Source of the DNA: Paraspadella gotoi
Lineage: Eukaryota; Animalia; Chaetognatha
Reading direction: 5' to 3'
Assembly: GCA_051294375.1 (NCBI GenBank)
Contig: JBJCIZ010000282.1
Location: forward strand, 178,161-242,160
DNA length: 64,000 nt
Below are positions 11,450-23,499 of the stretch, one piece after another (within the stretch, counting starts at the first letter, position 1; each line of letters opens with the position of its first letter). Position numbers and translations under genes: made by a program. The notes beneath the pieces are model-generated. The model saw nothing but the letters and a program-made list of their open reading frames with translations, made no database searches and was not told the origin of the DNA.

Positions 11450-11617
11450 CTGCAACGGCGGGCTCCTTGCATGGTCATACCTCAGTTGGTCACACTCTCA
11501 CCGCCTCCGTCTCACCCAATAGTACTACCACTGCCGCGGCCGCTGTCAATGTCTTTCCTCCTACGCCCTCCATTCCCAGTGAACTTCACTCCTTAGTGAC
11601 TGGAACTGCTGAATCAG
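11450..11617 (+). CDS. Next exon of the same SoxB-like gene (A/T/S/P-rich low-complexity region)
   Basis: Acceptor ttttttcAG ends at 11449 and donor is TCAG|gtatga after 11617. The open frame ATAGSLHGHTSVGH...GTAES starts in phase 1, matching the donor at 701. It is a GC-richer island in AT-rich DNA. Confidence 0.65.
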
Positions 11618-12469
11618 GTATGAATCGCTTTTTGTTTAGAAGCAAAATTTATTAATTTTGGGCAAATTGATCATATGTTTTTATTTTAGTTGCGCCAGAT
11701 CAATCGATATATTTATCAATTAATTAATTATTTAATCAATCAATCAAGTCAATCATTATCATCATTATTTTCGTCATTGCCATCATCGTCGTTGTTGCTT
11801 TTGTCGTGGTCAGTGACGAGAAGACCCAAAAACAAACATTCTGGATCAAATAAATTAATTTATTATTTAATTACCGACATTGTTTGATCAAGCTTGTTTA
11901 ATTCAATCCCAAAAGAGCTGGACCTCCCTGTAATTGTTGTAAGAGTTGTAAAGTTTCCTCTTTACACTCGCGAAATCAAACGTTCTAGACGTCGCCCGTC
12001 CAAAGATTCCAACATGAGTTTTTAGAAGAAAGACAAAATTGTATGAGTTTCAAAGTTTTTATTACTAGACACATTTAAAACGTAAAAATACTTCCAAAAA
12101 GCTTCGGGGCGAGTGTTGTTTCTGCTTTGGTCATTTAAACGAAACTGAAAAGTACATCGCGAGTTTCCGCGAGAAAAAGTTGACCTTAAAATAATTGACC
12201 AAACGCTCGAATTAAGAGAAAGCAAGACATGACCTTTTCAACCACCTTCGGGTCACAACGTAGTTTTGACAATAAAAATAGTAATGTCGAGCGTCATTAA
12301 AATCATAGGACAACGGTAAAAATTCGTTTCAATATCTTATAAACAAAAAAAGGACTCAGACTCAAGACTTCAAATGTAAAACAAAGACAATCTAAAATAT
12401 ATTAAATTTTTAGATTTAACCTTGCATTAATATTATCAGTATTATATATATTATTTAATATATATACAT

Positions 12470-12765
12470 CTAGGAGCCGACGTAGTTCTTAGAAATCAAG
12501 GAAGATTTTTTCAATGGAGATTTTTGTTCAAATCTGACCACCAAACAATGTAAACGCCCCTGGGAAAAAATAGATGTAAAAACAATTGATTCCGATCCTG
12601 TTGCATCTGAAGGGCTCGCATTTTCCCCCCTTGTCAAAAAACCATCTTTTTGACATCAAACCATCAGATTCAAATGGACTGGTCCGCTCAAGAAAACATT
12701 TTTGATGCAATTTTTTTAAATAAAATAAAGGGATTTCTTAACTTCAATACAATGTAAACCAATTC
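12470..12765 (+). repeat. MITE-like fragment with terminus TAGGAGCCGAC, abutting the BEL truncation point
   Basis: Inverted copy at ~50355-50449. Related ends near 9920 and 55210. Confidence 0.55.
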
Positions 12766-14230
12766 TTCAAGCACTTTTGGGTCAGTGCACTTCCATTTTC
12801 CGAGTTCAAATCCACCTCTTGCCATAGCCTTGGTCAAGCCCTCTTTGAGCTTTCTGGCTGTTTCAGCGTCTGGGATGGATTGGATGAAGTCGTCCACATA
12901 GAAGGAGCTCAGGATGGCTTGTACCACGTCATCTGGGAACACTCCGACGAGCGATTCGGCATGGTAATGCAGAGCATAATTGGCTACTACTGGGGAAGAA
13001 GTCGCGCCAAAGATGTGCACTTTCAATTCAAACAAAGCAAGTTTCGTACATTCAGGATCTTCCCACCACAAGTATCTAAAGACATGGACATCATTATCGT
13101 CTACATGGATTTGGGGGAAAAAACATCTAGATGTCAGCACTCATGGCAATTTCATGACGTCGGAAACGAAGTAGAATGCCAATAAGATTATTCATCAAGT
13201 CAGGACCAGTCAATAATTCATCATTCAAACGTTTGCCTTTTACAGCTGAACAGGCATCACGACATACACGCACTTTGTCTTTGTCTTTTTGGATAGAAAT
13301 GACTAAAGGTAGATTCTATTGAGGGATGCCGTCCTTAGTCTCAACATGTTCGACTTTTTGGACGTTTCCAGCATCGATCTCCTTTTTCATCTCTTCCCAA
13401 ACACGGGATCAAGTTTCAGGATCTTTGTTGAGCTTTTTCATCAAAGAATTAAGTCTGTTCAGAGCGGCGGCGTTTGAATCTCGTTTGTTCAAAACTTCGG
13501 CCGCTTTTCTTCTGCCTTCTTTCCAAGGTAGGCCAACGACATAATGGCCTATGTCAGGGTCAAATCTGATAGATTTTTGAATTTGATGCATTGCATATTC
13601 GTCATCTAAAGAAGGTTGTTTCTTGGTACTAGGGTTCATCTCAAAATCTTGTGAGAACAATCTTTTGATATCTTCCCTAATGGTTTGTTCATCTTCTTCC
13701 AGAAATTCAGCAGTCATTCTTGCACAATCAATCGTGTCTTCATCCACACTTTGACGAGGACCAATTAATGTCCATCCAAAATCGGTTTTCATTCCAATAG
13801 GAAGGCCCTCATCTCCTCGTCTAATTTCTCCATTTGTCCATGTATAGGCCAATTGAGCGGGAAGGAGGACTTCAATTTCCTTATGGTCTAATTCATAAAA
13901 AGATACATCCTCGAGATGAGGCATGTCCTTAACTTCATCTTTAGTTGGTGGTCTGTCGTCTTCACTTGTCAGAAGATCTCCAACCACACATTTTCTCATA
14001 GTGATGGACATGTTGTTTTCTAGATTTTCTAAGTTTATGTCACAAATTTGTTTTTCAGCTACAGTCACCGAATCATAAGATCTAATTTTCATAGTTTTTT
14101 CAGTAGTTTCGATGCCTAAGCTTTCAACAACGCTTTTTTTTAATCACACATCTATTGCATCCAGTGTCAATCATAGCCCAAGTCGGTTTTTTCAATCCAT
14201 TCCATTCAATTACCACAGGTACAACAGGCC
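12766..14230 (-). pseudogene. pol: BEL protease and reverse transcriptase, frameshifted and truncated
   Basis: DTG protease motif, ORF 13409-14092 (TDFGWTLIGP, YVVGLPWK) and ORF 12688-13140 (FRYLWW, FGATSSP, FYVDD, GGFELGKW). Confidence 0.88.
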
Positions 14231-14402
14231 GGTATGACGACTCACCGGAAGTTGATGCTGCAGCTAGTCAACTCGACATTGCTGGAGGCGCTGTAGCCGG
14301 TCGCGTCGACAAAGTGTTTGGTGACGGCAGCGTCCTTGCAGCAGCAGCAGTGAGTGGCGTCATGTTGAGGTTGTTGTTCCTCGGGGGTGGTCGGTTCGGT
14401 GT

Positions 14403-16610
14403 TCAAGCCGGCGATGTTGCTACCACTTTAGCGTACGTCGTGGGGTCCTGCCTTGGAGTAAAGGCTGTAGCATCATGCATAATGGTATGGTGAGACCCAT
14501 AACAAACCATACAAGCTTCTTTTGATTGAGTACATTGTTTAGCCATATGATTCTTATCCAAACATCTAAAACATAAACCATTTCGCTTCATCACATAAAT
14601 CTTTTCATCTTTAGAAAGTTTCTTAAATCTTGAACAGGTTTTTAAGTAATGCCATTCATTACAGCAAGGACAGCATTTATCCATCACATCACTCACATGA
14701 TTCAAAGCAACATTTGTCTCTTCAACTTTCACCTTTCGGTTGCACGGGATGGAGCAGGTGGAGATCCTTGGGTAGCCTTTGGAGACCTGATCTTTGTTGT
14801 CTGACCCCCGCCGTTGGAGTTCTGGAGAGACTCGTTGATGTTGATGGCAGCAACGTTGACCGTAACCTTCTTCTTTTGTTTGGCGTAGGCGCTCTTTTCG
14901 TAGATAATTCTTTTCTTGAGGTAGGCGATGAGGTCGTCAAAGTTCAGCTTTTTCCCATGATCATATTGGTGGTCGGCATCCTTTTTCGCAAAATCGTTCT
15001 TCAGAAAGTTGCAACGGGTCTCCAGAATCTCGTTGATCACCGTGTTCCGATCCAGTTCTTTGCCTTTGCCGTTTTGTTCAGCTAAGGCCTTGATATTTTC
15101 CAGTTCGGTAGTCAGCTTGTCGAGTTCCACTCGGTTTCCGGAGGTAAGTTTTGGTTTACTCAATACTTCCTTGAGCATGTCATGAATACTTGCGTTCTTC
15201 TTTCCGTATTCCTTCCAGAGAGTATCCAAGGCATCTTTAATGTTTTCGTCATAATTATCCCTTTTCACAATGAATTTGTTGAGCTTCATCTCAGCTAGTC
15301 CCGTAAACCAATGATTCAGTTCTTGTAGTTTGACCTGATCTGTAGCCTCGGCTTGTTCCATCACTCTTTCATATGCTCTCATATGCATTTCAAACACAGG
15401 TCCTATAGACACATTTTCACCAGAGAAAAGCTTCTTTGGCCTTCGCTGTTCCACGGTTCTGAGCATGGAGTCCTTCTTTTGCTGTTTGACCCATAGTCCC
15501 ATAATGGAATCGTCGAGAGAAGGTGCTGCCGTCGTCGGTGTTGGAGCAGGAGAAGGTGCAGCGGTGGCGGAGTCGGTAGTAGCAGTGCTCGGAGCTGGAG
15601 GAGCCGGGATTGGAGTTATGTCGCGAGTTGTGGTGCCTCCAAAGCTCACCCGCCTGCTTCTTTCTCTATCCAGTTGTTGAGTCAGTTCCTGGACTGAACT
15701 TTCCAGTCGGCGAATTCTTCTTTCCTGCCTTCTTAGATCTTTTTTGTGTTTGATGCAGCAATCCTCTACCTCGACCATAGCCTTGTTTGACAGTTTCCGT
15801 TGTCGACAGACGTTCATTAATGCTCCTTATTGCTCTTCTCAATTCATCCATCTCATTCTTCAAATCATTCTCTGAAGAGGAAGTCCGGCGTTCCTTTTTT
15901 ATGGTGCTCGTAGTTGCGTTGGTCCCAAGCACGGTGCAAGCCTCATTATACAATTGAGCTTTCCTTTCAATCTCTTCGTTGATATTCTTCATAGCCTTGT
16001 TCTTGATTTCGTTCATCTGAAGCATCTCTTTTTCCATTTCAGCTTTTCTTTTTTCAATCTCCTGGTTGTATCGTTCTTCTTGTTTCTTCTTCTCTTCCTG
16101 TTGTTGCCCGTGTTCGAAGTTGTGGAACGTTTGGTCGTCCCACGACATCTCTCTTGTCCTGGATGGGCCTTGCATCTCATACTCAAGGCCGGAATCTTCA
16201 TCTTCAGAAACATCATTTGGTTGATTTTCGTTAATGGCATCAAAATATCCATCAATCAACGCCTCAGCTTCCTCAGTGGCATCATGCGTTAGCTTCGGTG
16301 CCGTCTCAGCATCATCATTCTCTCCTTGCTCTTCATTCACTTCGGTTCTCTCGGGAGGTGGCACATTACGACATTTACGGACTGTAATTTGAGCCTTGTT
16401 GACGCTCTCATCGAGCATCCCGCGTTGGATGGATCCTTTCAGATAGCTACCTTGAAGCATCATGATTTGGCCAATCTTTTGGTTGACCAGAAATCTCATT
16501 TCATCGACAGTAGCGATGGCTTCAGGGGTTTCGGCTTGCAGATAGCGATCGATCAATCCGCAAAGGGTGCCAACGGCGTCATGTAATCCTTCGGGAGTAA
16601 AATCATTCAT
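14403..16610 (-). pseudogene. gag: BEL gag, split over three frames
   Basis: Overlapping ORFs 15666-16610, 14729-15817 and 14403-14732, with the Cys/His knuckles in the last. Confidence 0.8.
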
Positions 16611-17582
16611 GTTGATGCGCGCGTATTAAAAAGAGCAAGTTTAAATTCGAATCAAAGTAAAACAAATTGCAAAGTCACTTAGTCGGAAAGTTTAATTCAT
16701 AAAATTAAGAAATTCCTTGAGACGAAATTTTATCACAAAATTTTTTGTTAAAAAATATGTGAATTTGAAATATCTTACCTAAGTAACTTTCAAATGTAAG
16801 ACTGACGGCACTAAGCAAACAAGACAATCAATCAATCATAAAAATCATTGAATTCATTTATACTAAATCAGCTAATCGAATCAATAAATCAATTCATAAT
16901 CAATAAAATCAATCGGTCGATTAGCCAATCAATCAATTAATCAATCAATCAACATCGATCTGATTCACCTTTTTTGGATTGATGTTTCCCGGTCCAATGG
17001 GTTTCGTTATCAAGCTTGGAAACAAATTTTAATTCAATTAAAAAATCAATCACAAAACCAACTCACCTTTTCGAAGCGATGTATACTTTCTTACAGTAGA
17101 GAAGCTTGGCTCTCTACGCCTCTTCAGGTGAGAATGGTCCACTTGGTCACAACGTAATCTGAGGAAAAGTATCCCAAACGTTTGTTTAACTGAAGCTCGA
17201 AAATGTCGGAAGGAAAAAATGCGGGAATCAAAGAAAATAAATGTAATAAAATGTAGGAAATGAGATAAAAATCCGTAGAAAATCGAGATCAAATCTAAGA
17301 GGAATCCAATAAATCGTAGAGAAATCAAATAAAATCGTAGTAGACTCTTCAGAAAAAACGTAGTAGGAACTTTGGAAGAAAGTAGTTGAAATTCTAGTGA
17401 AAAGTGATCCAGTGAATCTGTATTTGGTCTTGTCTGAGCTCGTCCAAGTAAAGTTTGGAGAGAGAGAGAGAGGGAGAGAAAGAGTAGAGAAAGAGTCAGG
17501 TCAGTCCCTGTCCGGTCGATCGGTCAATCGGTCGAATGGGTCAGATCTGGCTGTCTCCGTCGGTCTCGGCCTTTTCTCTTCA

Positions 17583-19451
17583 GCCACCGAGGTTTATTTC
17601 CATCATGGTGGTTCCATAGCTTTGAATAATGGTTCCATTGGCGGCTCTTAAATTTCCTAATGATGGTCCCTGACGGCGCTGCTCGGGGGTTGGGGGGATG
17701 ATAGAGAGTAAAGCACCACTGTCAATGAGCCAGCGGCACTTGTTGACGCCATCGTGAACATATAGGAGTTTGCTGTCCTCAGATTGGCCGGGGACAGAGT
17801 TCACATTTGTCCTCCGGCCTCCACTTTTCCCATCTTTTGAATCGCACATCCAGGGAGGCATTTCTTTGATTTGGCACCAAAACGTTCGTGGTATAAACAA
17901 AGTTTGTACTTTTCCTTGGTGGCCGCGAGTTTTCCTTCCAAGGATGAGAGAAAGGTTGAGTTGATTTTTGATGTTTTGGCTTTTCTCCAATTGCATTGAC
18001 ATCGACGTTGCCGGCGTCTTCATCATCAATATTTAGGGAGTTGTCAGTGCAATAGTCTACTTCGTTGATAGACAAGGAGGAGGACGAGTGAAGAGGGCGT
18101 CCCTGGGGATCGAAGTATAGGTCTGCGATGCTGGCTGCAGTCTTGGCATCGACGTTAGCTATTTTGTCGACCACTGAGCGCTGGATCTCTGATGGCAGTT
18201 CTCGCAGCATCAACTTCTTGAGCAAATCATCTATTGTGACATCATCAGCTTTTTCTGTAAGCTTCGCAAGAAGCTGCGATGGGCGTCGGCCATCGCGGCT
18301 AATTCCTTCAATGAGGGATGATGCCTTTTGAGCCTTAGTTCTGCCGTATTCTCTTTTGAGGTAGGTGAGGAACAGGATCCAATTTTCCTCCATTGGTTCT
18401 CCATAGAGAAAAGAGTTTATTTGAGGATTAAAGTCCACCTTAAACCTTGATTCCAGATGAGCAAATTTTTATTTTGCATCGGTTATGTTCGCTCGCGTGA
18501 AGGCCGCTTCAATTTGTTTTATCCAGATAGAGATGTTTTGAGGGTCGAAATCTGGAAGCTCTGGCTTCTTGAGCTGCTTTTTCTGCTGTTGCCACTGCTG
18601 CTGTATCTCTCTCTGGAATGAATTTGCTGTTCGAAATCGGCGAACTGCTGCTGCCACAGCATTGGCGAAACGGTCTTCTGAGTCCTGAAACTGGCCATCA
18701 TTTCCAGGAGCACTGGACGCCGTTGCGGGGGTGACGCTGGCGTGATTCATCCTGGCGGGTTGCTCTGCGCCGGGAAAGAAGAGTTGGTTACTTGTGGCAG
18801 ATGGGGAAGTAGAAGGGGATATTCGTCCCCGACCAGCCGGAGAGGGAACGGCGAGAGATGTCGAGCGGGTGATTGGACTGTTGGACCCGTCCATGAGCTG
18901 TTGGTAAGGTGGGATCGTTGTTTGATGCGGGAAGGCGCTGGAGGGTGCGCCAGTCTTTAAACCGGCGGCGTCGTCGACTTGTTCACATTGGCGTTAGACG
19001 GGGGTTGGGAGAAAAGAAAGGGAAGTGGGTGAGAAAAAGGGGCGAGGGAATCGCCTAATCTCAATGTTTTCTCGCCCTTACCTGAGAAATGGTAAGTTTC
19101 CATGTTGGCCCCGTTTTCGCCGGTATTTGATCAGAGATTTTGCTAATGCTTAGCGATGTATAGGGTTCGAGGACAATTAAAGTCAAAGGATCAGAGAGGT
19201 TGGAAAGAACTTTGTTAAGAGGGCTGAGTAACATTATTTTAATGTTTTAGATAAAAAAAACCAGCAACATTGAGAGGTTTAAAAAGGTATAATAATAATA
19301 GCAGGAAACAGTAACTACAAAAAATCAAGAAATCCATTATAAGGTTTTTCTTTGGGAAATATATATTGAAATACGACGTCATCAAGATATTGGCTGATGA
19401 GAAATAAAAGAGCAATGTTACATAAGAGCGACGGGTAAGACTCGCGCTACA
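17583..19451 (-). mobile_element. Ty3/Gypsy 5' fragment: putative LTR, gag and aspartic protease
   Basis: gag motifs PELPDF...WIKQIEAAF and DGRRPSQLL...LPSEIQ (ORFs 18469-18894, 17779-18438). Protease WLIDSGA...LRAANGT (17580-18029). TGTAGCG terminus at 19451(-) is followed by CCAAT, TGACGTC and TATA-like motifs. Confidence 0.85.
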
Positions 19452-19705
19452 TATTAATTAATTAATCAATCAATTAATTTATTTATTTATTTATCAATTA
19501 ATCAATTATTTAATCAATCAATCAAGTGAATCATTATCGGCATTATTGTCGTCGTCGCCATCATCGTTGTCATTGCTTTTGTCATGGTCAGTGACGAAAA
19601 GACCCAAAAACAAACATTTCGGATCAAATAAATTTATTATTTAATTTATTAATTAATTACCACTATTGATCATGGGCAGATCCGACAAACTTGTTAAACT
19701 TGTTA
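19452..19705 (+). repeat. 3' portion of a HINE-family element
   Basis: Ends in GCAGATCCGAC...CTTGTT, the inverse of the HINE 5' GTCGGATCTGC. Direct homolog at ~11705-11897. Confidence 0.6.
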
Positions 19706-20098
19706 AATCTGTCTCTCACATAACACTTTTAAGAAACAAAATAAGTGGGTAGTGACTGATCCCGATTTAAGATTCCTTAAAAAGTTGAGAACTAAGTCCA
19801 GCTTAGTTTAGTAAGATTAAGATATATGATAGATGATCTCTGACGGCTATGTCAGATAAAAAGATAAGATTTTCCAACCTATTTTTTTAGCATTGAAATA
19901 TTTTAGTTGCGCCGCGATTACTCGTGGTCGGTCGGTCGGTAAGTCTGACCTTCTCCTACTTATGTGGGGATACAAGTCGTTTTGCACGATAGAAATCGAT
20001 ATTTTTCAAAATTCCGAAGCACGCCCTTAATAAAGTGAGGCAATATGGGTATATTCGAAATCATAGGTTTGAAGAGACAGTAATTATTGTTGTGTTAG

Positions 20099-20297
20099 TG
20101 ACAGAACCGTTCAATATAAGCAGTCCCTGAGCTTCGGATCAGGCTGTAACACCGTGTTACAGGCGGGTTAAGCGCCCCGTCCCTCTTAACTGCTAGGCGG
20201 CCACCGGGCTAGAACCCGGACCTTTGGGTTGGGAGGCAACTGACTTGCCTCCGGCACTAATGGCGCTGATGAACGGTTGGTGGATTTTAGTCCACCA
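20099..20297 (-). mobile_element. ~200-bp structured tRNA-Gly-like element (solo-LTR-like or SINE-like)
   Basis: Minus strand has A-box-like TAGTGCCGGAGG, loop cTCCCAa and T-arm CCGG-GTTCTAGC-CCGG. TG...CA ends are flanked by TAG/TAG. It has an internal 9-bp inverted repeat (20105-20113/20270-20278) and several perfect hairpins. Confidence 0.55.
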
Positions 20298-20814
20298 TAG
20301 TTTCTTGGGAAGGACATGAATGGGGAGCGCGAGCTTAATTTCAACATTTTCATGTATTAAAATGCATTTGAAATAGATTGGCATTTGGTCTCCTCCAAGC
20401 ACCTGACTAAAAAAATGAAAAAAAATTCCAAGCTTGATTGCTTGTTTAGGTAATCAAATAAACAACTTTTTAACCATTAATTCCAACCTCAAGTCATCAA
20501 ACAATGCCTATTTTGAATACACCGGAAGAGAGCCCAGGGATCGATTTTCTAAACGTTAAAATAAATCCGAAGAAAACAAAGGTCTCTTGTTTCGTTTTAC
20601 ATTTTATATTGGACCCAAACTTGCATAATTTACTATACCACGAATCCAAATCCAAAAGCCATGGCCATGCGATGAGCAACCGCGGTTTGCGAAGAGGATT
20701 TTTGTGGCTCGTTTATTATGCAACATCTTTCCCGCTGAAATTTTTTAAATGGACTTTTTAAAATTATATCTTATATATATATATCTTATATATATCTTAT
20801 ATATATATATGTAT

Positions 20815-21135
20815 ATTGTGAAATAACTTATTTCATGCTCGCGATATCTAGCGTTCCAGGCGTTGTCCGTCCCTTGCAAGTTTAACGTAGGCTTTTATGA
20901 ATCTTGCTGAATCTTAAGGAAATTCAATGAATGTAAAGTGGCAATGAAGGTTTAGAAACTTTATTTGTATTAATGTCCAAACTTTAGTTGAGGACGGGCA
21001 ATGCTACTTAGAGAATGTCAAAAAAACGAACTAAATAATATCTTAAGTCTCGCCAAATTACGACATAGAGAACGACAAAAGATCAACAAAATAACCAGAA
21101 AAGGTATTGGCCGAACGCGTTTATGTAGGTCAAAA
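20815..21135. repeat. Dispersed repeat, inverted homolog at ~27105-27460
   Basis: TTTCATGCTCGCGAT...GTCCGTCC and TTGGCCGAACGCGT blocks match the reverse complement of 27105-27460. Confidence 0.7.
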
Positions 21136-22029
21136 ATATAAGTTCAGCTGAGTGAAAAAAAGACAATGGCGAGGCATAATATTTTACATATATATTATAA
21201 ATTATATAGTCTTTGTTACGAGCGTTCTGGTCGCGAGCCATGGCTTTTGAGTATGTTTGTTTGTTGTCAAAGCAACAAAGGACTAAAGACAGCGACTTTT
21301 AACGGACCAATGGCGCATTTAAAAACGACATGGCTAATTCATCATTGAATCACGACTGGTATAATTTATTTTTTTATTTTTTAAGTATTTTGAGAGAACT
21401 AATCGCGATTTTACCATTGTTCAACTTTTAAAAAAACTTAATTTCATTGCTTTTGTAAAAAATGACAATGTTTGTGACCCGTGTTATTGTAAAATCCAGA
21501 CGACTATCAATAACTCGGTTGCTCCTTTTTCTACCATTCAAGGAAGATCGTGACTTTCGTCTCATCGTCTCTCTATCGCGATCATTTAGAATTCGGCGTT
21601 TGAACAAAACTCTTTATACGTCTCCGTCATCTCCCGTATTTTTCTAGTATTTCTTCAGTATTTATTAAGTATTTATTCGTGATTAATTTTAACTGTTCAT
21701 GTTTCATAGTGATTATTACTTTTATTTATTAGTAGTAGTATTTATTAAATATTAAACGGGACATCACATGGTTTCAAGTTACAAGAACTATTAACAGAGG
21801 TGGGGGCACTTTTTTTCAAAGAAGCCCCCTTGCTGCGGCTCCTGAAGCAGCGGACTCAAACACGCGCACAATAATCGTATCTTTTGCTGATTCCATCGTT
21901 GTTTTATGCGTCACTTTTTTGTCGTCGCTCTCGCCGTCGCAACTGCTTCCTCCATCGTTCAAATTATCGTCTTCGTTTCTGTCAATCCCGATCCTGACGG
22001 AGTTAATTCTTTCTCTCACTGAGTCACCC

Positions 22030-22645
22030 CACGGTAGGTCAGAGAGGATGTGAAAAACAAAAAAAAGTGCCATCTCTGAACTTTAAAATCTTAAAGTATA
22101 CCCATGAGACACTTAATGTGGTAGGTCAGTAAAGTTTGATAAAGGCAGGTTTTTATTAAATGCTAATTAAAGTTTTTGAAAATTTTTACAACAATTTTTA
22201 AGTAGTTAAGTGAATATGCTTACAATTTTAATGTCTATACATATATCATTATCTACAGAGCATAAGCTTTAATTTGAGACCTTTCCCAATTTCTATTACT
22301 TTTCGTTTATTGAATTATAAGAAATAAAAAAAATTTCAAAATTATTAATCCATCAGTTCTTTCAAACAGATTATTTTTAAAAAATAAATAGAAATATATT
22401 CTTAAAATGCAGTTCTACTCTATAAGGCCTTAAAACAAATTTCTAAAAAATGGATAATTAAAATTATTATAAAAAATAAACAATACAGATAATTAATTTT
22501 ATTTTTTTTAAAAATATGTAATATTTATTTAAAACTTAATCTCAAATAAAATAACAGATAAATATTAGCTGAGCACTTTAATTCAAAATCAATATCCAGC
22601 TTTTAAAAGTAATTATATATTTTATTACATTTAAAAAAAAAATTA
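22030..22645 (+). repeat. Longer copy of the CACGGTAGG MITE-like family
   Basis: Reverse complement of ~10545-11173. Confidence 0.75.
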
Positions 22646-22654
22646 ATTAAGGTA

Positions 22655-22835
22655 ACCAATATTTGATGCGATGATAACCAAATATTGATGCGATGATAAC
22701 CAAATATTGACGCGATGATAACAAAATGACTGATGTGATGATAATCAAATGATTGATGCGATGATAGTCATTCATTGATATGATAATAATCATTCATTGA
22801 TACGATGCTAGTCATTCATTGACGTGATGAATCAT
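22655..22835 (+). repeat. ~22-bp minisatellite (TTGATGCGATGATAATCATTCA)n
   Basis: Tandem array, with a second array at ~46893-47080. Confidence 0.85.
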
Positions 22836-22888
22836 TCATCGTAATAAAACAAATGCGTGTATGAGTGAGAGAGAGAGAGGCTGGACAG

Positions 22889-23499
22889 TAGGGTGAAGTG
22901 AAAGTTTAGAATTAAAATTTAGCAATTATATCTTGAAAACTATCATATTAGTGAATACTAATCTGTAGTTATTTTTTCTTTTTTTACAAATATAGTAGCC
23001 CAGTCAGCTTATTTTGTATATAGTACTACCCTTATATAATGTCAAAATTCAAAATGTTTTTTTTTAATTCTGAGGACAGATTCAGATTCCTCGTTAAAAG
23101 TTGACAAAAGAAAATATAAATATTTTTCAAAAATTATGTCATTAAGTAGGTTAAAATTACAAAAAACTATATTTTTAAGCTGGAAATTAAAAATCGGTAT
23201 CTTAAATATAGTTTTTTTATATTTTGATTAACTTAATGAAAAGTTTTTTAAAAAAGAATTATACTTTCTTGTATTAACTTTTTGCAAAGAATCCAAATCC
23301 GATCTAAAAATTAGAAATTTGTATTTTAAAATTTTAGCTTATTATTACTTATTACTATATATAAATATAGCTCACTGGTGCCCACTAATGTATAAAATTA
23401 AAAAAATAAATTTACCAAACATTTTTAATGGTTTTTATGTTAATGTTCTATATGCTAAATTTTAATTTTCTAAAATTTTATCATTTTCACATCACTCTA
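22889..23499. mobile_element. hAT-type MITE (611 bp), related to 7052-7652
   Basis: TIRs TAGGGTGAAGTGAAA...TTTCACATCACTCTA. Perfect 8-bp TSD CTGGACAG. Confidence 0.9.

Larger units (their letters stand above)
12766..17582 (-). mobile_element. BEL/Pao LTR retrotransposon, 3'-truncated (gag, protease, partial RT; no RNase H or integrase seen)
   Basis: Triple Cys/His knuckle CPCC...HYLKTC, CFRC...HMAKQC, CMVC...HHTIMH. Protease motif AMIDTG at ~14165. RT motifs RLNDELLTGPDLMNNL...LLRFR...ADI, FGATSSP and YVDD. The putative 5' LTR starts TG at 17582(-); its inner boundary was not resolved. Confidence 0.9.

Noticed and set aside
11930-12469. Possible solo LTR or 3' LTR of the BEL or Gypsy element
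   Set aside because: No visible similarity to 17050-17582 or 19150-19451, and no TSD.
20196-20267. Functional tRNA-Gly gene
   Set aside because: The anticodon and D stems do not pair canonically and the acceptor stem is bulged, so it is treated as tRNA-derived.
21816-22073. Acidic ORF as a host exon
   Set aside because: Its 5' part lies in a MITE, it has no recognisable domain, and no compatible open plus-strand exon was found.
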